From IMG/VR virus record IMGVR_UViG_3300043427_004512: DNA of 12,788 nucleotides, one strand, 5' to 3'. The notes below the pieces were generated by a model that worked only from the letters and a program-made list of their open reading frames with translations, did not search any database and had not been told where the DNA came from. This DNA comes from a virus (taxonomy: Duplodnaviria > Heunggongvirae > Uroviricota > Caudoviricetes). How positions within the stretch are numbered: the first letter of the stretch is position 1; each line of letters begins with the position of its first letter. Positions 5,632 to 12,788 of this stretch are shown in pieces. The position numbers and the translations under genes are program-made.

Positions 5632-7800
5632 TTAGAAGTCGAGTTTAACTACAAACTGCTGAATACCTTGTCTTTTTTGTGGCGATTGTAGTTTAGATAT
5701 AACAATAAGGTCTTCATCAGAATCGTAAAGCCCAATTTCAGTAATATAAGATGTTGTACCTGAAGTCCATGTGGGATTAGAAGTATTTGTAAATTGATTT
5801 TGAGCTAAATTTACAAGATATTTCATTTCATATATAGTTGCAGAAATGTCTGATTCGAAATTACCGTAGAAATAATATTCATCACCAAAGTTCAGCACAT
5901 TAGGACTATTGTTTGGAACTAATGTAATGTAATTGGATAAGTTATATCCTGAGGCTGACGCATAATTTGCATCACCAATTTGGAATGTTGTTCCTGTTAT
6001 ACCACTCATAGTTAAATAACCATTAACCTTTGAACTTTCAAGTTCAGGGGTCACATCAATTTGTAGCCATTGAGTTGAGACAGGTCTAGTCGTACCTGAT
6101 ACTCTCTGAACTAATATTTTCATGTTAGTTGCTGAAAAACCTTCAACATCTCCTTGAGTCAAGAAAGGAAACTCAGGTCCGAATCTAACCGCAACGTTTT
6201 TGGAATTATCTGTTGCGCCTGTCTGTGGTCCTCTCACTACTGAGTAATAATTACAATGTAATGAGTTAGTAAAACCTGTTGATTCAAGTATGTAAGTAAC
6301 CCAAAGTCTTTCTACATCATTGTCCAATAACCCTTGAGAAGTTAAACTCGTTGGATTACAAATATTTGGTGGGATTAGTGAGACTTGTGGTGCAGGTAAA
6401 GTCCAGTTTCTATTTGATTTATAAGAAAGTGCTGCAACTATTTCTTCATCATCGATTATAATAATTTCTTGGTCAGGGAAAACTTTACCCACCCTATTAA
6501 GATTATTATTCGCATCAGGGTTCAAATCCCAAAGATGGAAATATCTTATACCAGGGTCATTCATGTCTGAATTTACCGTAGACTTAATATAGTATGGTTT
6601 GCATAAATCATAACCAGGAGGGTCTATCATGAACGTTTGACCTATAGTTGTACCTGTCGTTTTGTGCCACATCAAAGTTGGTAAAATTACCTTCATGTGT
6701 CTTGCTAAACCAGTGTCGTCTGTTGGATTTTGTGGGTCAAATGGAACTGTTGCAAATTTTTCTCCATAAACAAAATCTATGTTTTGATTTGTGTAGTGTA
6801 TAATTGCTATTGTTTTTTGTTCACTTGGCGACAGAACTATTTTTTCATCAAATGAATTATAATAGTAGGTTTGGCTCGTATCCGTTTGGCCACTATTTTC
6901 TTGATAGCCCAAATATTCTTTAGTTCCTATGTAAGAAACTGAACCGAAATTATTATAACCTTCGTAAGTGTTTGTAAATAAACCAGCAGGATTTTCTGAC
7001 CATGGAATATTCATATTCCAAATCAAAGTATTTTCTCTTTGTGAAATATCACATGGAGTTTCAAAATTAATTGTATCAGTTTGCCAATATGGTGCCGGTG
7101 TAATTGTATCATACAAAGCGGTCATTCCTGAAGGGTAAATCTGTAATCTAGCATATTGTGTTCCAACTGAAATGTTTGTCCAATTTGGTGTTGGTCTATC
7201 CAAAGTAATATTTGGTAGAGACACTGATTGAATCTGATAAGTTAGAATTGGAGATGTATTCACCGTCGTACAATCACCTACACTATCGTAATATATTGTT
7301 ACAATATCACCGACAGAAGGTGTGCCTGTAGTTGTGGTGCATGTATTTGACAATACACTTATTGTCGATGAACCACTCAAAGATGACATTAAAACACGAT
7401 AATTCGAGTTTACCGTATATGCTGTAGAGGTTTGAACTATATATGTTCCTGATGAAGCGGAGAAAAATCCTAATGGTGATGTGGTGTTATAAATTTCACT
7501 AAAGTCACTATCCATGAATGGAATTCCATAAGTACCACCATTTCCTCCTGTTACATAATAGGGATATTTTATATTTTGTTTGTTTGACTGAGGCGAACCT
7601 GTGTCATTTTGAGCATTGAATGCTGGCATCAAAATATTATTATTAACAATAGAATAATTCGGAACCGCATTATAAGAAACTTCACTATCACCTATTTGGA
7701 AATAAGAAATGTTAAAATTTCCTTGTGATAGTTTCCTTCTACCAACGTCAGTTAATCTTGTGTTAATTAACCCTGATGTATTTTTTATTATGTAGGACAT
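5632..7800 (-). CDS. Virion structural protein, baseplate / tail-fibre attachment (tail-collar-fibre-like termini)
   Basis: 722 aa; N-terminal LTDVGRRKLSQGNFNISYFQIGDS and C-terminal YITEIGLYDSDEDLIVISKLQSPQKR resemble the two ends of the phage tail-collar fibre domain (DUF3751-like); T/S/N-rich beta-type interior. Confidence 0.7.
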   Translation of the reverse strand: MSYIIKNTSGLINTRLTDVGRRKLSQGNFNISYFQIGDSEVSYNAVPNYSIVNNNILMPAFNAQNDTGSPQSNKQNIKYPYYVTGGNGGTYGIPFMDSDFSEIYNTTSPLGFFSASSGTYIVQTSTAYTVNSNYRVLMSSLSGSSTISVLSNTCTTTTGTPSVGDIVTIYYDSVGDCTTVNTSPILTYQIQSVSLPNITLDRPTPNWTNISVGTQYARLQIYPSGMTALYDTITPAPYWQTDTINFETPCDISQRENTLIWNMNIPWSENPAGLFTNTYEGYNNFGSVSYIGTKEYLGYQENSGQTDTSQTYYYNSFDEKIVLSPSEQKTIAIIHYTNQNIDFVYGEKFATVPFDPQNPTDDTGLARHMKVILPTLMWHKTTGTTIGQTFMIDPPGYDLCKPYYIKSTVNSDMNDPGIRYFHLWDLNPDANNNLNRVGKVFPDQEIIIIDDEEIVAALSYKSNRNWTLPAPQVSLIPPNICNPTSLTSQGLLDNDVERLWVTYILESTGFTNSLHCNYYSVVRGPQTGATDNSKNVAVRFGPEFPFLTQGDVEGFSATNMKILVQRVSGTTRPVSTQWLQIDVTPELESSKVNGYLTMSGITGTTFQIGDANYASASGYNLSNYITLVPNNSPNVLNFGDEYYFYGNFESDISATIYEMKYLVNLAQNQFTNTSNPTWTSGTTSYITEIGLYDSDEDLIVISKLQSPQKRQGIQQFVVKLDF

Positions 7801-7804
7801 TTCT

Positions 7805-7812
7805 TATAAATA
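7805..7812 (-). promoter_or_regulatory. TATTTATA motif 4 nt upstream of the 722-aa gene (candidate phage late promoter)
   Basis: Minus strand ATATATTTATAAGAAATG; the same TATTTAT core precedes the 888-aa gene. Confidence 0.45.
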
Positions 7813-7826
7813 TATTTTTTATTGTT

Positions 7827-10493
7827 TTAGCAAGGTATTCCTGTTGATGATGTTACAATTCCACCAGACATTTCATATATTAATGTTCCATCAGTTACAT
7901 ATGAATATGATGTTGCTAACTGTGGGTTATTTGGACTTCCTGTGAATACTCCCACACCAACCCCGAATGTTGATGAATTCACTAATCTACTAATATTATT
8001 TAGATAATCCGAACATGCACCTGCCGGACTAGTTCCCAATCCCAAAACAAATGGATAATAAATTTGTGAATTACCTCCCTGTCCTAAAGACAACGAATGT
8101 CCTTGAATTCCTGCGGTATTAGTTGAGCTTGAATTGGCAACACAACAAACGCATCCAGCAGTAGAGGTTTCAGTTGTTAATAATCTTATATTTTGAGTCA
8201 GTGTAGTAACACATCCGTTGATAGAAGTTTGTCCATCTGTGATATTGAGATTTGATGTAGTTACACCTGAAATTGTGTTGGTAGATGTAAGAGTTAAATT
8301 AAATTTATCAGTCACAGTCGTTGTTGTTCTGATTTCAGGTGAACATCCTGGTCTTGTTGTTGTTACGGTATTTTGAGTTGAACTGTTAGGATTTACTACT
8401 GAACCCAAACTATAAATTTGTGATACAGAATTTATTGTACCTGTACCAGGTCCATCAACAACTTGAGTTGATTCTACATTTAGAACAAATGAAATTGTTG
8501 TTCCTGAAGGTAAAGGTGGATTTACATTAACACTCCAATAAGCTCTTTGTAGATTTGGATTCAATATATCAACACTTGAGTTTACAACAGTCAATGTATA
8601 AGTCACAAGACCTCCTGAGGAGTTTATTGTTATATTATTATTTGTTTGACCAGTTGCGGAGTCCTTAGCTATCACTGCATAAGTTTGAGGTGACAAGTTG
8701 TTGAAAATATTTGAACTTTGGAACGTCAGACCTCCGTTATTTGAATACAAGTAAGGAGGTTGTCCTCCGCTTGTTGTGATTGCAATACTTCCATTATTCG
8801 TACAATTCGAGTCAGATTTAGTAATGACCGTATTGAGTGGTGGATAAGAAGGACAAGTTCCTTGAACAACTGTAATTGTTGCTGGTTGAGTTCCTCCAAC
8901 TAAAATCCAATTTGAAAGTGGAGGTGAAGATGGTGAAGAGCTCACAACAATTCCTCCGAAGACATTATAATTTTGGACTTCCCATCTGTTGTTACTTGTG
9001 CTCCATGACATTACACTTGAGCCAGAAGTCCAACTTGGTTTTCCGTTTATTATTCCTGAGAATATAAATTGTTGAGGTGTAAATGTTGTAGTGTTTGATG
9101 CAACCAATAGACACAAGTTTTGATATACAGGTGAAGGTGTTGGTGTAAATGTTGGGGTCACAGTTGTTGTTGGTGTAGGAGTAATTGCAAGTAAAGTACA
9201 AATGGTTGTTGCAGTATAATCACCATAAAAATCTGTAACTACTGCTTGGTAGCTTCCAGGATTCAATCCTGATAATATTTGAGATTTGGAGCCGTTACTC
9301 CAATTCACTGTATATGGGGGAGTTCCTCCTGATATTCTAATTCTGAGCGAACCATTTAAACCATTAGCACCTGTAGGTTGAGTAATCGTTTGACACTCAA
9401 TACCCAAAGGAAAAGATGTAAATGTTTCACAATTATTTGCTAATCTATATACCGGACTTAAAGCTGGAGTTCTTGATGGTGTGGGTGAAATAGTGTTTGT
9501 TGGCGTGTTTGTTGGTGTTGCTGATGGTGCTAAACCTGATGTAACTGTGGGTGTAATAGTTTGAGTTGGTGTAACTGAAGGTGAGGGACAAAGAACTGAT
9601 ACAGGTATGTACGTTTTGTCTATACCACTATTACTCGCATTATAATCGAATATCACCGTCCTTCCAACATCACTACCTGTGACTAAAATTCCACAACAAC
9701 TGAAATATGACCATGGTCCTGTTGTAATACCTTCACCACAACCTATGACTGTAATTGTTGGTGTAACTGTCGGAGTTACTGTTGGTGTTGCAGCAATAGT
9801 TGAAGATTGGGTGGGTGTGGGTGTTTCAGTACTTGTTGAAGTAACTGTCGGAGTTGGTGTGGGAGTTTCAGTAGTTGTTGAGCTAATTGTCGGAGTAGGT
9901 GTTGGGGTTCCTGTATTTGTAGGAGTAGTCGTTGGTGTTTCCGTTGTTGTTGGAGTTGTTGTAGGTGTTGGGGTTAAAGGGGGGAAATATCCACAATTTC
10001 CCAATAGAGTTAAAAATCCCGAGTCTCCTCCATTTAATGTTCCTTGTACAACGCAAATACTTTGACCAGGATTTACTGTTACATTTGTAAATGCAATACC
10101 GTCACAATCTGTGTAGTTAATTCCATTGAGAGCGGTTCCTTGATTGTTAAGATAATCATCACATGGTGTTGAACCTGGTATTGTTGGTGTAGGTGTTGGA
10201 GAATCTGTTATTGTTGGGGTTGGAGTTGGTGTAATTGCCGGGTCACAAGATGTTAATGTTTGACTTACGGTACTTGATGTACCCGCAGTAAAACCACCGA
10301 CATACATATATATTTCAGGAGTTCCAACTGAATTATCATTACAAAAATCATTACTGAAAGTACCAGCAGAGGTATATGGTCTTGGTGTTACTATACCAGA
10401 TGGACAGGGATAATAATTTACATATACCGTACCGCCATCGGCAACATCCAAGTCTATTTGTTGAATGACAACGTCATATTCGAAACAAGCCAC
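7827..10493 (-). CDS. Large modular virion surface / adhesin-like protein: Cys-bracketed small domains, four Pro/Thr linkers and two SprB-like repeats
   Basis: 888 aa; GTG start directly after an in-frame TAA; PT tracts at aa 88-105, 172-249, 303-347 and 438-456; GSLRIRISGGTPPYTVNWSNG and GSIAITTSGGQPPYLYSNNGG..FQSSNIFNNL are SprB-repeat-like; 25 Cys; no signal peptide. Confidence 0.75.
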   Translation of the reverse strand: MACFEYDVVIQQIDLDVADGGTVYVNYYPCPSGIVTPRPYTSAGTFSNDFCNDNSVGTPEIYMYVGGFTAGTSSTVSQTLTSCDPAITPTPTPTITDSPTPTPTIPGSTPCDDYLNNQGTALNGINYTDCDGIAFTNVTVNPGQSICVVQGTLNGGDSGFLTLLGNCGYFPPLTPTPTTTPTTTETPTTTPTNTGTPTPTPTISSTTTETPTPTPTVTSTSTETPTPTQSSTIAATPTVTPTVTPTITVIGCGEGITTGPWSYFSCCGILVTGSDVGRTVIFDYNASNSGIDKTYIPVSVLCPSPSVTPTQTITPTVTSGLAPSATPTNTPTNTISPTPSRTPALSPVYRLANNCETFTSFPLGIECQTITQPTGANGLNGSLRIRISGGTPPYTVNWSNGSKSQILSGLNPGSYQAVVTDFYGDYTATTICTLLAITPTPTTTVTPTFTPTPSPVYQNLCLLVASNTTTFTPQQFIFSGIINGKPSWTSGSSVMSWSTSNNRWEVQNYNVFGGIVVSSSPSSPPLSNWILVGGTQPATITVVQGTCPSYPPLNTVITKSDSNCTNNGSIAITTSGGQPPYLYSNNGGLTFQSSNIFNNLSPQTYAVIAKDSATGQTNNNITINSSGGLVTYTLTVVNSSVDILNPNLQRAYWSVNVNPPLPSGTTISFVLNVESTQVVDGPGTGTINSVSQIYSLGSVVNPNSSTQNTVTTTRPGCSPEIRTTTTVTDKFNLTLTSTNTISGVTTSNLNITDGQTSINGCVTTLTQNIRLLTTETSTAGCVCCVANSSSTNTAGIQGHSLSLGQGGNSQIYYPFVLGLGTSPAGACSDYLNNISRLVNSSTFGVGVGVFTGSPNNPQLATSYSYVTDGTLIYEMSGGIVTSSTGIPC
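9823..9906. repeat. Two imperfect 42-bp tandem units (35/42 identical) encoding 14-aa Thr/Pro repeats
   Basis: gtttcagtacttgttgaagtaactgtcggagttggtgtggga versus gtttcagtagttgttgagctaattgtcggagtaggtgttggg, inside the longest PT linker. Confidence 0.75.
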
Positions 10494-10508
10494 TTACTTT
10501 CTTTTTAT

Positions 10509-10516
10509 AATAAATA
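10509..10516 (-). promoter_or_regulatory. TATTTATT motif 15 nt upstream of the 888-aa gene (candidate phage late promoter)
   Basis: Minus strand GTGTTATTTATTATAAAAAGAAAGTAAGTG in the 46-bp intergenic gap. Confidence 0.4.
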
Positions 10517-10539
10517 ACACAATTTACCTTTTATTAAAG

Positions 10540-11835
10540 TTAAATTATAAAAGGGTGTCCAATACTTTGATTTCTCCGGTACATTGTATCACCGAAAGCC
10601 AAATAACCATGAAACTCTGAAGCAACACCGCCAGCAGTATCAACAATAATCTGAAATGAGTTTAAATTAAACGCATTTATATCATACACCGCTTGAACAG
10701 CACCACCGCCAGTTGGAAATGATAGAACGGAACTATATTGTACAATTGTACCAATTTGCGTTGGGTCTTGACCATTATTATCTAGAATTCCTGCCGAGTT
10801 TCTTGAAGTTGTTGACCGACCGCTTCCGAAACCAATTCTATCTTGAGCTGTCGAAGTTCCAGCTGTGCTCTGTGCTGTCATTCTACCAATAAGTGATATA
10901 CCTCTCAAAGGAAAGAAAGGTAAGTCTGAAACTGTGGTAGTTGAGTTCAAGGTATTTCCGGCAATCGTATATGAAGATGCCCGCCAACTTCCACCTTTTA
11001 TTGCTAAAAAAATATTTCTTCTATTCGTGGTAGCCCTTGAGGTCCAGTTAAGTGTAAATTGATTCGTTCCCCACGCTGAAAGGTTTGCCCTTGCATTTGG
11101 GTTACCGCCTGCATTAACAATTTGAGCTAAACAATCTCCTTCAAAACAATATCCGTCCGTATCACTTGTGCCAGAGTTATCATCTGAGTTTCCAACTACA
11201 ACAACATTATTGGTTGATAATGTTGAACTTGCAAAACCCACACATAAACCAGAATCTGTTGCTTGACCTGTATTCAGAGCATTTGTCGATTGTACTCCGG
11301 CAAACATCACAACTTGGTTTAGTCCGTTATCAGTGAAACCATTCACAGTGTAGTTCTGATTTCCTGTCACATCCGGTTCTGGTGCATCACCTACCACAGC
11401 TGCTGTAATATCTGTACCTCCCCAAGCTTCATAAAATACTGTAATATTTACCGGTGTTACGTCATCTACAATTAATGTAAACCCGTTAGCATCAAAACTA
11501 CTAATGTCTAATCTTCCATCAACTGTACCTGTACCTGCAACAGTAATACACACACTCTCGTTTGAAGCAACTGAACCACAATCAGAAGCAGACCCATTAT
11601 TATCATCAGAAAAAGTACCTACAGCTCTTCTATTCGCAGCACTTACGGCAAATCCAACGCCTCTTCTTTCGTCTACAGCACCTGAAACTGCGTTTGTTGG
11701 TGAGTTAGATTGTAAACCAACCCAATAAAACCTTAATGCTTTAGGAGTAAATCCTAATCCTGTAACAACTTTGGTTGCATTTAATACGTCCGTTGTCAAC
11801 CATTGAACTGAACCATGTGCAAAATTTAATGGCAT
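10540..11835 (-). CDS. Virion surface / tail-fibre-associated protein made of three tandem ~140-aa beta domains (putative receptor-binding)
   Basis: 431 aa; recurring VGFA/VGFA/IGFG, SDDN/SDDN/LDNN, NGFTL/NQFTL/NSFQI and YEAWGG/FLAIKGG/YLAFG; starts 3 nt after the collagen gene stop. Confidence 0.75.
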   Translation of the reverse strand: MPLNFAHGSVQWLTTDVLNATKVVTGLGFTPKALRFYWVGLQSNSPTNAVSGAVDERRGVGFAVSAANRRAVGTFSDDNNGSASDCGSVASNESVCITVAGTGTVDGRLDISSFDANGFTLIVDDVTPVNITVFYEAWGGTDITAAVVGDAPEPDVTGNQNYTVNGFTDNGLNQVVMFAGVQSTNALNTGQATDSGLCVGFASSTLSTNNVVVVGNSDDNSGTSDTDGYCFEGDCLAQIVNAGGNPNARANLSAWGTNQFTLNWTSRATTNRRNIFLAIKGGSWRASSYTIAGNTLNSTTTVSDLPFFPLRGISLIGRMTAQSTAGTSTAQDRIGFGSGRSTTSRNSAGILDNNGQDPTQIGTIVQYSSVLSFPTGGGAVQAVYDINAFNLNSFQIIVDTAGGVASEFHGYLAFGDTMYRRNQSIGHPFII

Positions 11836-11838
11836 ATT

Positions 11839-12788
11839 TTAAGCTCTTGTATATGTTATTCTTATCGCTAAAAGTTCTGCAGTTGCTGCCAAGTTGTCAG
11901 CACCATCCGCCGGGTTTCTATTAGCTCTAAATTGTACATAGTTTCCAGCGGCTGGAGTACCTCCAATTGTAATTGCAGGTGTCGCTGCGGATATATTAAC
12001 GTCATCATTTCCTTGGTTTGCATCTGTCACTTGTTGTTGTGTTCCAAATGCTTGGTCAATTGGGTCACTATCTGCATATGCTCTAGCAGCCAATCCCCAA
12101 CGAACACTGTTTGTCGATGTTGTAGCTGCCGCCCAATAGAATACTGCAGTTATAGTACCTCCATTGTAATCAGATGGCATCGGCATTGCCCAGTTTGCAA
12201 ATGTTGCTGATGCACCATCAGGAAATCCTATGTAATAAAAATTTACGTCATTTGTTGGTGCTTCAGATAAAACAGGTGGATTTGCCCCTGAGGTAATCGA
12301 TGGCCAACCTCCTGCCGCAGTCAATATGATTTGTCCTGTGGGAGCCGGTCCTGCGGGCCCTTGAGCACCTTGTGCACCTGTGGGTCCTCCAGCAGGTCCG
12401 GCAGCACCTTGAGCACCTTGTGGACCAGTCGCTCCTTGAGCTCCTCCGGCCCCTGTAGCTCCTTGAGCACCTGTTGCACCTTGTGCACCTGATATTCCTG
12501 AACTACCAGAACTACCTGAGGTTCCTGACGTACCATTTACACCAGATAGTCCAGATGTTCCTGACGTTCCTGACGCACCTGAAACTCCACTTGTACCTGA
12601 TGAACCATTAGCACCTTGAGCACCAGTTGCTCCTTGAGCACCTTGTGGTCCTTGCGGACCTTGAGCTCCTTGAGCACCTTGTGGTCCTTGCGGACCTTGA
12701 GCTCCTTGAGCACCTTGTGGTCCTTGCGGACCTTGAGCTCCTTGAGCACCTTGTGGTCCTTGCGGACCTTGAGCTCCTTGAGCACCTT
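11839..12788 (-). CDS. Collagen-like tail fibre / spike protein, 5'-truncated at the window edge (Gly-X-Y shaft + ~165-aa C-terminal head)
   Basis: The track's 161-aa ORF begins at an internal TTG (Leu). The frame is open to base 12786 and reads (GAQGAQGPQGPQ)n...GSSGTSGVSGASGTS...GPAGPAPTGQIILTAAGGWP...ITYTRA*; 49 Gly-X-Y triplets are visible. Confidence 0.9.
   Translation of the reverse strand, partial: GAQGAQGPQGPQGAQGAQGPQGPQGAQGAQGPQGPQGAQGAQGPQGPQGAQGATGAQGANGSSGTSGVSGASGTSGTSGLSGVNGTSGTSGSSGSSGISGAQGATGAQGATGAGGAQGATGPQGAQGAAGPAGGPTGAQGAQGPAGPAPTGQIILTAAGGWPSITSGANPPVLSEAPTNDVNFYYIGFPDGASATFANWAMPMPSDYNGGTITAVFYWAAATTSTNSVRWGLAARAYADSDPIDQAFGTQQQVTDANQGNDDVNISAATPAITIGGTPAAGNYVQFRANRNPADGADNLAATAELLAIRITYTRA
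12629..12788. repeat. Perfect 36-bp tandem repeat (4 full copies at 12643-12786; the periodic run continues to the window end)
   Basis: Plus-strand unit ttgtggtccttgcggaccttgagctccttgagcacc; encodes GAQGAQGPQGPQ on the minus strand; no mismatches between copies. Confidence 0.97.

Larger units (their letters stand above)
1..12788 (-). mobile_element. Segment of a large tailed dsDNA phage genome (probably infecting Bacteroidota)
   Basis: Unidirectional, tightly packed or overlapping genes; tail-fibre/baseplate-type proteins next to primase, RuvC, RecB-family nuclease and a gp47-like nuclease; no cellular housekeeping genes; Bacteroidota-type promoter motifs. Confidence 0.9.

Noticed and set aside
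9679-10065. Plus-strand V/G-rich 128-aa ORF resembling a membrane protein
   Set aside because: Antisense shadow of the Pro/Thr linker (ACN/CCN read as NGT/NGG).
555-12210. Other short nested ORFs (555..848, 1706..1960, 1753..1956, 4790..4975, 5500..5691, 8876..9067, 8992..9201, 10865..11062, 11504..11728, 11932..12210)
   Set aside because: All overlap well-supported minus-strand genes, have no recognisable motifs and have no evident expression signals.
11839-12324. Independent 161-aa gene starting at TTG 12324
   Set aside because: The frame is open upstream to the window edge; this is the head domain of the collagen protein.
10540-12330. Diversity-generating retroelement target in the fibre head or triple-repeat protein
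   Set aside because: No reverse transcriptase and no near-identical template/variable repeat pair differing at adenines is visible in the window.
12321-12785. Track ORFs 12321..12536 and 12537..12785 (LKELKVRKDHKV repeats), and a possible programmed frameshift
   Set aside because: These are off-frame readings of the collagen repeat, open because the repeat lacks stops. The Gly-X-Y frame is continuous and I saw no slippery site.
12629-12788. 36-bp repeats as a CRISPR array
   Set aside because: The copies are directly adjacent with no spacers and encode in-frame Gly-X-Y.
1-12788. Stop-codon reassignment (TAG or TGA), as seen in some large phages
   Set aside because: Genes are intact in code 11. 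The 14 visible stops are 12 TAA and 2 TGA at sensible ends. TAG is unused as a stop, but no gene needs TAG read-through.
10540-12788. Higher GC in the fibre module as evidence of recent horizontal transfer
   Set aside because: Largely explained by Gly/Ala/Pro/Thr-rich composition; a third-position GC analysis would be needed to claim more.

Overview
A gene-dense, AT-rich segment of a large tailed dsDNA phage. All 15 supported CDSs lie on the minus strand. In transcription order (right to left): a structural/adhesion module (collagen-like fibre truncated at the window edge, a 431-aa protein made of three tandem domains, an 888-aa Pro/Thr-linked Cys-rich protein with two SprB-like repeats, a 722-aa baseplate/tail-collar-type protein); a RuvC-like resolvase; and a DNA-metabolism module (hypothetical, Zn-finger/TOPRIM primase, a 55-aa ORF missed by the track, a RecB-family PD-(D/E)XK nuclease, a Zn ribbon, an SbcD/Mre11/gp47-like phosphoesterase, a VEVIKE-repeat coiled-coil protein, a CxxC membrane protein, a small bipolar protein, and the start of a probable SbcC/Rad50/gp46-like gene). 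Bacteroidota-type promoters (TTTG-N18-20-TAnnTT[T/A]G), A-rich leaders without Shine-Dalgarno sites and SprB-like repeats point to a Bacteroidota host. The most interesting candidate system is an Mre11-Rad50-like machine that appears split at a non-canonical point, with a putative filament/membrane cassette inserted between the halves in a tightly coupled operon. Family assignments come from motifs read by eye and recalled family knowledge; no searches were run. No tRNA, rRNA or CRISPR array was seen.
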